A DNA stretch of 64,000 nt from the IMG/VR virus record IMGVR_UViG_2706795719_000001, positions 97,990-161,989 of that record. The stretch is one strand, 5' to 3'. The DNA is from a virus. Lineage: Duplodnaviria > Caudoviricetes. Below, piece by piece: positions 57,039 through 64,000 of the stretch (within the stretch, counting starts at the first letter, position 1; each line of letters starts with the position of its first letter). Made by a program: the position numbers and the translations under genes. The notes under the pieces are model-generated. The model did not search any database, was not told the DNA's origin, and saw nothing but the letters and a program-made list of their open reading frames with translations.

Positions 57039-57415
57039 TATAATGACCCTTTTTCTTGGTTTAAATTAATTTTATACTCAAATACATGGGCATAATACCC
57101 GTTATGAATATTAACAATTTCTAAATAATACCCACCAGAGATTTCAAATGTAATGCTATTAAAATAATTTGATCCATCATCTTCAATAGAAAATTCTGCT
57201 ACGCCAATAAATTCTGCTGATTCTGGTAAATCTGACAATTTGACTTCTTTAAACCCATTATTGAACCTATCATTTTCTTTTTTGAAGAATTTATAATAAG
57301 CATATTCGCAACAATGTTGTGAATCTACATCAAATCCAACAAAGTTATCATTATTATCAATAAAATTGGTTGTTTTTCTTTCGTATTTTTTGCCACACAC
57401 CTTTTCAATAATCAT
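57038..57415 (-). CDS. hypothetical protein
   Basis: CCE and N.HNGYY.H pattern. Confidence 0.7.
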   Translation of the reverse strand: MIIEKVCGKKYERKTTNFIDNNDNFVGFDVDSQHCCEYAYYKFFKKENDRFNNGFKEVKLSDLPESAEFIGVAEFSIEDDGSNYFNSITFEISGGYYLEIVNIHNGYYAHVFEYKINLNQEKGSL

Positions 57416-57927
57416 TTAACTAATTCCAATTCATCTTTAGAGAACCAATAGATATGGCCAAATTTATCTACACATGCATATTGTAATCTAGAATCATTAG
57501 GCTCAATTTCATGGATAGTAAGATCTTCACCAATATCAACATCACATTCTACGCCAATGGTATTTTTAACAAATTTTACAGTATCACCAACAGAAAACAG
57601 ATCACCAGGTTCCCACCCATGAGACTTAAATTTAGCTACAACCCCATTTTTCAATTCAACCACAAATGGATATTCTGCATCATCTGAAAATTCTTTAAGT
57701 GTTCCTACAATACCATTATTACAGATCTCATCGCCTGTATTAAATTCATACGGTTCAGCCCAAACATCTTCTCTAAACCACATTTCAAGACCACTATCAG
57801 TTTTTATATAATAAGGATGATCTGAGTCTTTATCCATTTTTAATACATGCCCGGTACAATTTGGGCTTACGGTATGTCTAACTTTATCACCGACTTTAAA
57901 TCTTAATTCGTCATTACGTTTAAACAT
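57412..57927 (-). CDS. hypothetical protein with three tandem F..GD.V repeats
   Basis: FKVGDKV, FNTGDEI, FSVGDTV. Confidence 0.7.
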   Translation of the reverse strand: MFKRNDELRFKVGDKVRHTVSPNCTGHVLKMDKDSDHPYYIKTDSGLEMWFREDVWAEPYEFNTGDEICNNGIVGTLKEFSDDAEYPFVVELKNGVVAKFKSHGWEPGDLFSVGDTVKFVKNTIGVECDVDIGEDLTIHEIEPNDSRLQYACVDKFGHIYWFSKDELELVK

Positions 57928-57928
57928 A

Positions 57929-58201
57929 TTAACCTCTATTTAAATACATTTCAATTAAAGAATATGTAGATTTATGACCGGTATTAAATTCTTCAATAAG
58001 TTTAGTTTTTTCTTCATCTGATAATGATTTAACTAATGATTTAAGATTACTTTTATTAAATAACTTGCCATTATTACGAATACCTAATTCATTAATGAAC
58101 GCTATGAAAAGATTTTCATCTTCAATTATATCTTCACTTTCAAATTTGATAAGAATTGAGATAACAGCAAAAATTTCAGATAAAGTTTCCAATTTGTTCA
58201 T
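57929..58201 (-). CDS. asiA: anti-sigma70 factor AsiA
   Basis: SILIKF..EDI.E...FIAF.NELG, LIEEFN.G. Confidence 0.93.
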   Translation of the reverse strand: MNKLETLSEIFAVISILIKFESEDIIEDENLFIAFINELGIRNNGKLFNKSNLKSLVKSLSDEEKTKLIEEFNTGHKSTYSLIEMYLNRG

Positions 58202-58424
58202 TTTGTGCCTTGCTTGGTGTTAGTAAATAATAATTAAAATTTTGTACTTCTAAAGATGGTTCTACAACATCCCATCCTGATAATATATCCATCATTCCAG
58301 GGCAGTATATTTTACTATTACAATATAATTTAGAACCATCCAACGTATATACAATGTTCCCTGTTATTCTTGACTGTACTTGAAATCCTTTTCTTGCTTT
58401 ATCCATTGCATTGTAAAAATTCAT
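58176..58424 (-). CDS. DUF2829/Tad2-like small protein
   Basis: MNF..A....KG..V and DIL..W.VVE pattern. Confidence 0.5.
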   Translation of the reverse strand: MNFYNAMDKARKGFQVQSRITGNIVYTLDGSKLYCNSKIYCPGMMDILSGWDVVEPSLEVQNFNYYLLTPSKAQNEQIGNFI

Positions 58425-58430
58425 TTAACC

Positions 58431-59036
58431 TCACTTAGAAGCTTCGATGACTTTAATCATGTTTTCTTCTGTTAATTTAATGTCCACATAATAATTATTA
58501 CCTTTAAATTTAACAGTAGCACCAATTGATTTATATTTTTCAACTAATTCTTCTGATAATTTGTAGCCAAATACTCGCATTTCGCCTTTATGTCTAACTT
58601 CAAATTGTCGAATTCCATTAACACGTTTTTCTAAACGAAGTTCTAAATTACTTCTATTTTCAAAAATACCTTTAATAGCGAATGGTGATATTTCTTTAAA
58701 TTTTTCAGCGAATTTGGTCATTTCTTCAGTAACACCACGTGGTTTACGTGTTGTTTTAATTTTAGAAGGATTTTCTTCTGCAAAGATATCTGCTGCTTTA
58801 AGAATAACTTCTGTTCCTTGTTCTGTTGCAATTAAACCGTCACCTGATTTTTCAATAAAACCTTTTTTGATTAAAACACCGATATTAGAGTTAATTGAAG
58901 CAGAAGAAATTTCAGGAAGAGCTTCACGAATATCTTTAGCTTGGATAAAATTGGTTTTAGCAACTTCAAGAAGAATTGCACCCGTTTTTTCATTTAATTC
59001 TGAAGAAGCTTTTAAAACATAAGATAATTTAGACAT
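58431..59036 (-). CDS. motA: middle transcription activator MotA
   Basis: MSK..Y..KAS...LNEKT, NSNIGVLIKKG.IEKSGDGL, NRSN. Confidence 0.96.
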   Translation of the reverse strand: MSKLSYVLKASSELNEKTGAILLEVAKTNFIQAKDIREALPEISSASINSNIGVLIKKGFIEKSGDGLIATEQGTEVILKAADIFAEENPSKIKTTRKPRGVTEEMTKFAEKFKEISPFAIKGIFENRSNLELRLEKRVNGIRQFEVRHKGEMRVFGYKLSEELVEKYKSIGATVKFKGNNYYVDIKLTEENMIKVIEASK

Positions 59037-59081
59037 AATAGACTCCGTTTAAATAATTTGTTATTTCGTTTTGATGATAAG

Positions 59082-59156
59082 ATAATACTATACTTAAAAA
59101 GCTTTGTAAACACTTATTTTCAATAAAATGCAAAAAAAGGAGACCGAAGTCTCCTT
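59082..59156 (-). repeat. terminator + early-promoter cassette, copy 3 (motA promoter)
   Basis: gtaaacacttattttcaataaaatgcaaaaaaaggagaccgaagtctcctt. Confidence 0.9.
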
Positions 59157-59164
59157 GTATATGA

Positions 59165-59602
59165 TTAATAAGCAATTTTCAACTTATCACAAATTTCTTT
59201 TAAATACTTTATACGATGTTCCGGTAAATTTTTGTCCAAAATAACTAAGCCATATTCATCAGGATGGTAATCACCTAAGAATTTGATTTGATGATTTATT
59301 ATAGTAAACTGATTGATATTAGCATCAAATCTATCAATAGTTTCTTTTAAACTGGTCTTAGCAACTAAAATATCATTATTATCACGCTGGAATAAAGTAG
59401 TCCACTTATCTGTGAAATGAGGTTCTTCATGTGGGGTCTCTGTATAACCTTTAGATATCATCAACCCACGAAATTTTTCCATATCTAATGGACGAACCCA
59501 ATAATCAATATCTCTTGGTGGAGTTTTGTAGTAATAATCTCTAGCTGCTCCACCAATGATATGATAATTAATGTTATTGTCACTTAATATTTTAGAAATC
59601 AT
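59165..59602 (-). CDS. minimal nucleotidyltransferase (CCA-adding/poly(A) polymerase head-like)
   Basis: IIGGAARD, PRDID, RFDANINQ motifs. Confidence 0.8.
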   Translation of the reverse strand: MISKILSDNNINYHIIGGAARDYYYKTPPRDIDYWVRPLDMEKFRGLMISKGYTETPHEEPHFTDKWTTLFQRDNNDILVAKTSLKETIDRFDANINQFTIINHQIKFLGDYHPDEYGLVILDKNLPEHRIKYLKEICDKLKIAY

Positions 59603-59790
59603 TCTTTAATAGTCCACCCTTTTTCGTACATATCTCGTTTAAAGAACAAGAAATTCCAGAAATAGCCAGATTCATCTTTAATATCCCCGTTAACCATATA
59701 CAAATATTCTTCTGGAGAAAAATACTCATGCATAATTTTGTGTCCATCTTTCATGGCTTCTAGAGCTTCTTTTCTATCCATTAAAAACAT
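59599..59790 (-). CDS. small protein, weakly DUF2829/Tad2-like
   Basis: EALEAMKDGHKI...F....YL...GW.I. Confidence 0.45.
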   Translation of the reverse strand: MFLMDRKEALEAMKDGHKIMHEYFSPEEYLYMVNGDIKDESGYFWNFLFFKRDMYEKGWTIKE

Positions 59791-60068
59791 TACATTTCTC
59801 CAGCAGAACGGTTAAAAAATAAATTAGTTTTTTCCATAACATGATTAAAACAAACATCCCAATACGAATCAAAAATAGACTCTAATGATGAATCGTGTTG
59901 AATTTTAACTGAAGCTTTACAGAAATCTTCAAATGGGATATCAGGCATTGATTTACCGGCTGCTGTTAAATAAATTGATGACAAATTCCATGTTGGATTC
60001 TTAATAGTCAACAAAGATACTAATGCAATAAATTGCTCAAAAACTTCATATTTTTTAATAGGTTTCAT
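59790..60068 (-). CDS. hypothetical early protein
   Basis: GAGG SD beneath an early promoter. Confidence 0.65.
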   Translation of the reverse strand: MKPIKKYEVFEQFIALVSLLTIKNPTWNLSSIYLTAAGKSMPDIPFEDFCKASVKIQHDSSLESIFDSYWDVCFNHVMEKTNLFFNRSAGEM

Positions 60069-60095
60069 TGTATTTTCCTCAATAAATTTTATGTA

Positions 60096-60146
60096 ATATT
60101 ATCACACTTAAAAGTCTTTGTAAACCAAAAAAGGGACAAAAGTCCC
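60096..60146 (-). promoter_or_regulatory. terminator + early promoter cassette (GGGAC-TTTT-GTCCC type)
   Basis: same hairpin as 23929-23942; GTTTAC-18 nt-TAATAT. Confidence 0.75.
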
Positions 60147-61505
60147 TTAATTTATATTAATAGAATCTATGTCTTTTTTATATTCAGTTTCTATATCAGT
60201 GGTTTTCCAGTATTCATATTCCTTTTTATATTCTTTAGCTGCTTGTTCTAATTTTTTAATTTCATCTTTAGTCATATGATAAAGATTCATAGAAATTAAC
60301 TTGTCAGAAAAGGGTTTAAGATTATCAAACTGTTCTATAGCTGCTAAAGCATCTTTACGACTTTTACCTGATAATACAATAGTTTTATCAAGAACCATTT
60401 TAATAAAATCTACTTTGGCTTTTGCGTAATCATACAAATACTCTGATTCTGATATTTTAATATCAATACGCTTTTGGTAAAAAGGCTTTCTTATTTCTAC
60501 AAAATATTTAATTAATTCAGATGCTTTAGTAAAATCATCTCTAATTTTACCTTGGTCATCAATCACTGTAAAAAATTGACCTATTTTTTGAGATAAACCA
60601 AATTCTTTAATGATTTGTTCATGTCTTTCTTCTGGGTCTGTCTTAAGATTAAAATCTTTTTTTATTGTGATTTTAAATCTGAATTTTACTTGACCTGTTG
60701 TTTCGTCTTCACCAGATAAATCATCATAATCGGAAATTTTACCTTGATTAACTAATTCATCTAGAATTTTTGTAGTATATGCTTCGCGTTCCCATTTGTA
60801 TGGAACTTCTGTAATAAGAAGTTGGGTTTTGCCTTTAAGTTCATATGTACCTTGTAATTCTACACCTGATTCAGTAGGAATAATCTTACCATTAAATTGT
60901 GGAAACTGTACTTCAGGTTCTTTATCTAATTTACCATCAATAGCTAATTTTGTACATTCAACAACAGATTTTAATGAATGAGGTAAAATATTAGTAGCAT
61001 AACCAGTAGCAATTCCTTTAACACCATTTAATAAAACAGTTGGAATAATAGGTAAATAAAACTTAGGTGGAATGTGTTCTACATCAGGATGTTCTGGAGA
61101 AATATTAAGGTCTTTATATAAATCAAAGAAGTTTTGAGATATACGACAGAACACATAACGAGCAGCACCACCTTTTTGGATTAATCTAGAACCAAATGCA
61201 CCACGCCCGTCTAAAAAAGGAACATTGTTATTCCAATTATTGGCCATTAATTTACCGGCTTCAGCCGCAGAACCTTCACCATGGTGATATCCGATTTCGG
61301 CAACACCACCAGACAATCCTGCTAATTTATGATATTTACTTTTATCACCTTTAGCTTTTTCTAATGCTCTATAAATTATAAATCGTTGGACAGGTTTAAA
61401 TCCATCTATAAGATTTGGAATAGCTCGCTCTTCTACGGTGTATAAGGCATATTCTTTAGCTTCATTGTTAATAATGCTTTTTAATGAACGTAAATTCAAT
61501 TCCAT
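60147..61505 (-). CDS. 52: DNA topoisomerase II medium subunit gp52
   Basis: RAIPN.IDGFKPVQR, YHHGE, AARY catalytic Tyr, GIATGY. Confidence 0.97.
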   Translation of the reverse strand: MELNLRSLKSIINNEAKEYALYTVEERAIPNLIDGFKPVQRFIIYRALEKAKGDKSKYHKLAGLSGGVAEIGYHHGEGSAAEAGKLMANNWNNNVPFLDGRGAFGSRLIQKGGAARYVFCRISQNFFDLYKDLNISPEHPDVEHIPPKFYLPIIPTVLLNGVKGIATGYATNILPHSLKSVVECTKLAIDGKLDKEPEVQFPQFNGKIIPTESGVELQGTYELKGKTQLLITEVPYKWEREAYTTKILDELVNQGKISDYDDLSGEDETTGQVKFRFKITIKKDFNLKTDPEERHEQIIKEFGLSQKIGQFFTVIDDQGKIRDDFTKASELIKYFVEIRKPFYQKRIDIKISESEYLYDYAKAKVDFIKMVLDKTIVLSGKSRKDALAAIEQFDNLKPFSDKLISMNLYHMTKDEIKKLEQAAKEYKKEYEYWKTTDIETEYKKDIDSININ

Positions 61506-61559
61506 TATATCTTCCCAATGCAAAAAGGCCTTTCGGCCTTTGTTTTTAAAATTAAATTA

Positions 61560-62051
61560 TTAATTATATTTAAAAGAATAATTATCTTTAATACGACTTT
61601 TTACTTCATGCATATTATTATAGATATCTGTTTCTGTTTTAGCTAATTTACCAAATAAAGTTCCTTGTTTACCAACTTTATTTGTTAGATATTTAGCATT
61701 TTCCATAGAAACATAATACACTTCAATTTCTGTTTTTGCAGATAAATGGCGTTTTAACTTTGCAGCTGGTTTAAATTTAGCAGCCTGGATTTTGTTAATG
61801 ATTGTATATAAACCATAGTTTGTACGGAATTTTTCATTAACCCGTTGTCGACCTACAGTATAAACATTTAAGCCTTCACCTGTATTTTTATCAACAAAGA
61901 AATAAAACCCGGGTTTAAACATATTTTCATCTGTTTGAGAATTGATAATAATATCAATATTCCAAGAACCAGGGTTTCTTGTAAGAGTAACTACTAAATC
62001 AGAAAAACCAGAAACATGCTGTTTGTTAAAACGTACTTTATTAAAATTCAT
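61560..62051 (-). CDS. ndd: nucleoid disruption protein Ndd
   Basis: PGFYFFV, VGRQR, Y.F..N end; position next to denB. Confidence 0.8.
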   Translation of the reverse strand: MNFNKVRFNKQHVSGFSDLVVTLTRNPGSWNIDIIINSQTDENMFKPGFYFFVDKNTGEGLNVYTVGRQRVNEKFRTNYGLYTIINKIQAAKFKPAAKLKRHLSAKTEIEVYYVSMENAKYLTNKVGKQGTLFGKLAKTETDIYNNMHEVKSRIKDNYSFKYN

Positions 62052-62085
62052 AATGACCTCATTCACGATTAGTTAGTATGGATGT

Positions 62086-62114
62086 ATTATAACTAAAAAT
62101 CCTTGGATGTAAAT
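62086..62114 (-). promoter_or_regulatory. early promoter for ndd
   Basis: ATTTAC-17 nt-TATAAT. Confidence 0.65.
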
Positions 62115-62713
62115 ACTTTAAAACAAAAATTTTTATCTCTTTTAATTCTTCCGGTTAAATAGTAGCCGTCGAATTTAGATTTACGAATACTACCATTCTT
62201 TGTAGATAAAGCGTATTGGTCTGCTAAAATATAAGGAATCATCCTAAATGTGTTCAGGGCAATCTTTTCTGTTTTGAATATAATTATAATATCTGCCACA
62301 CCAAATTTCAAGAACGGCCCCAGGTTTATCCCTGATGTACCTGGACAATCTCCATCTATACCAGAGTTTACTGTAACCCATTTAGAATTTGATTGATGTG
62401 TTTTAACTTCTATTCTTAATCCAGAGTATTTTGGGTGAGCTATAACATCATAAGCATATGTGTATGGGTCTTCAAGATCTTCTTGTCCATGATTAATAAT
62501 ACCATCTACATGTTCTTTGACATATTCTTCTGCCATAATAGCAATCATACATTTCTCAAAGCATTCTGGTATAGTTTGATTTGGGTTAGATTCCAACGAA
62601 TACTTTGTTGTTGAACGTATTTTTTCTTTAGTATCTTCACTCATATCTCTTAAAGACATTACTTTAGGCTTTAATTCTGACAATCTTTTCCACCCAGGAT
62701 TTGTTTCTAACAT
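62093..62713 (-). CDS. denB: endonuclease IV DenB
   Basis: TNPG..RL, DPYTYAYDV.AHP.Y.GLRIEVKTHQS.SKW. Confidence 0.93.
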   Translation of the reverse strand: MLETNPGWKRLSELKPKVMSLRDMSEDTKEKIRSTTKYSLESNPNQTIPECFEKCMIAIMAEEYVKEHVDGIINHGQEDLEDPYTYAYDVIAHPKYSGLRIEVKTHQSNSKWVTVNSGIDGDCPGTSGINLGPFLKFGVADIIIIFKTEKIALNTFRMIPYILADQYALSTKNGSIRKSKFDGYYLTGRIKRDKNFCFKVFTSKDF

Positions 62714-62724
62714 ATTACCTCTCA

Positions 62725-62749
62725 ACAAAAAAAGGGACCGAAGTCCCTT
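62725..62749 (-). terminator. rIIB terminator (UUCG)
   Basis: minus strand agggac-ttcg-gtcccttttttt. Confidence 0.85.
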
Positions 62750-62762
62750 AACTTATTTAAAT

Positions 62763-64000
62763 CTATTTTTTAAACTTATCAGTTACATCTTCTAGAACAG
62801 TATAACCACATGTTCGCATTTTAGCATCGTTATAATCCACTGGAATAGAAACTACATCACGTGGATGAACTTTGACAGAAACTACACGGCTTTTACTTCC
62901 ACCAAATGATGGGATATAAGACTTGGAACACACATGTAAGCCGGAAGAACATGTACGATTATCGTCTTCATCTACTGTATTACGTGGAACTTCTACACGT
63001 TTACCTGGTGAATTATCAAATGTACCACTATGACAATCTAAATAATTATCACGTACGACTTTCCATGCAATAAAATGACCATCTGCTGTGATTTCGATAT
63101 CGGTAGCCATTAAGAAATCATACAAACGCATTACAGCTTTACGACTTGGATTTAACATTAAATTTTCTAAGAATGGTAATAAAAATTTAAAATCTTTACC
63201 TTCTTTCATATTAGAAATAATTTTACGAGTTAATCCTGAATCAATAACAAGGTCTTTATAATATAAAGTAGAACCTTCTATTTTAATATGACCCTGTGTA
63301 TAAGACTTGATAGCTCGTTTTGTATTAATAAGGTCTAACGCTTTTTGGACATGTTTGTGTTCAGTTTTAGAATCACCTTTAGAAACGGCTTCCATTGCTT
63401 TAGACAGTTCAGATAAAGCATCTTTAAAGTTTTCATGGTCTTTACCTGCGTTATATGTTTTAGTTCCTACTGTAATAGAAATAAACTTACTATTAGCGTT
63501 CCAAACCAAATTTTCTAAAATATCTTTGGTCTTTTCTGTATTTTTTTTAGAATTTTTAAAATCTACACCTGATGTCGATTTTTTAAAAAGATCAATGATA
63601 TAATTATTGATATCTTCTGCTGTTTGCTTATCAGAACAATTATATGCATATATAGTATCTTTTGATTTTAACTTTCCAATACGAATAATACCCGGGATAG
63701 CTAAGTCACAACTTTGTGCAAACATATCTCGTTCTTTAGGATTGTTGATACAAACCTTGTCACATGTAATAGAAGTATTTAATTTAGGGTCGATAATAAT
63801 TTTATCTGCAAATACCCAGTCATATGCCAATTGTGAACCCGGCTCAGGTGTATAAATTTGTGTAGGGTTTTCTTTTAAAACTCTTGTAATAGTATCTGAC
63901 GATACATTAAAATGACGTGCAATAAGAGCTTTTGACTTACCTTCAACAAAAAGATTAAAAACAGTTTCTTTTTGTTGTTGATTTAAAATTTTAACGGACA
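62763..64000 (-). CDS. rIIB: RIIB protector from prophage-induced early lysis (start probably just outside window)
   Basis: frame open to window end with HTH (IARHFNVSSDTITRVL); FLENL..NPS, CS.GLHVC, DYNDAKMR.C.Y. Confidence 0.93.
   Translation of the reverse strand, partial: SVKILNQQQKETVFNLFVEGKSKALIARHFNVSSDTITRVLKENPTQIYTPEPGSQLAYDWVFADKIIIDPKLNTSITCDKVCINNPKERDMFAQSCDLAIPGIIRIGKLKSKDTIYAYNCSDKQTAEDINNYIIDLFKKSTSGVDFKNSKKNTEKTKDILENLVWNANSKFISITVGTKTYNAGKDHENFKDALSELSKAMEAVSKGDSKTEHKHVQKALDLINTKRAIKSYTQGHIKIEGSTLYYKDLVIDSGLTRKIISNMKEGKDFKFLLPFLENLMLNPSRKAVMRLYDFLMATDIEITADGHFIAWKVVRDNYLDCHSGTFDNSPGKRVEVPRNTVDEDDNRTCSSGLHVCSKSYIPSFGGSKSRVVSVKVHPRDVVSIPVDYNDAKMRTCGYTVLEDVTDKFKK

Noticed and set aside
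1-64000. tRNA, rRNA or group I introns
   Set aside because: No cloverleaf-like or intron-sized gaps seen by eye; tRNAscan-SE or Infernal would be needed to exclude them formally
1-64000. Naming the host or phage species
   Set aside because: Low GC and gene content suggest an enterobacterial (possibly Proteus-group) T4-like phage, but this cannot be established without a database search

Overview
64 kb of an AT-rich (roughly 30% GC by eye), lytic T4-like myophage genome (Straboviridae/Tevenvirinae type), running from gp21 to rIIB. It contains head genes (21-24, hoc, inh), baseplate/tail genes (25-29, 48, 51, 54), uvsW/uvsY, alt, DNA ligase, rIII/31/cd, pseT, spanins, alc, rnlA, denA, nrdAB, td, frd, 32/59/33/dsbA/rnh, long tail fibre genes 34-38, holin t, asiA, motA, 52, ndd, denB and rIIB. 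I saw no tRNA, rRNA, CRISPR array, intron or intact homing endonuclease. Main oddities: (1) a conserved non-coding element at two loci 36 kb apart (upstream of uvsY and between genes 35 and 36), built from 66-bp units of three ~22-bp TACT-led subrepeats plus a GC-GNA-GC triloop hairpin, a candidate iteron-type origin or protein-binding element; (2) a ~12 kb hoc-to-gene 54 inversion relative to T4; (3) repeated terminator/early-promoter cassettes; (4) RBS-occluding 13-bp inverted repeats at alc and at 51/26; (5) candidate counter-defence genes (macrodomain, NADAR, SLOG, two Tad2/DUF2829-like ORFs, a minimal nucleotidyltransferase); (6) a non-T4-type thymidylate synthase, a DAHP synthase and an atypical gp38. 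All homology calls come from motif recognition and synteny with T4, not from database searches. Many starts were moved from the ORF track to the Met with a Shine-Dalgarno (SD) sequence.
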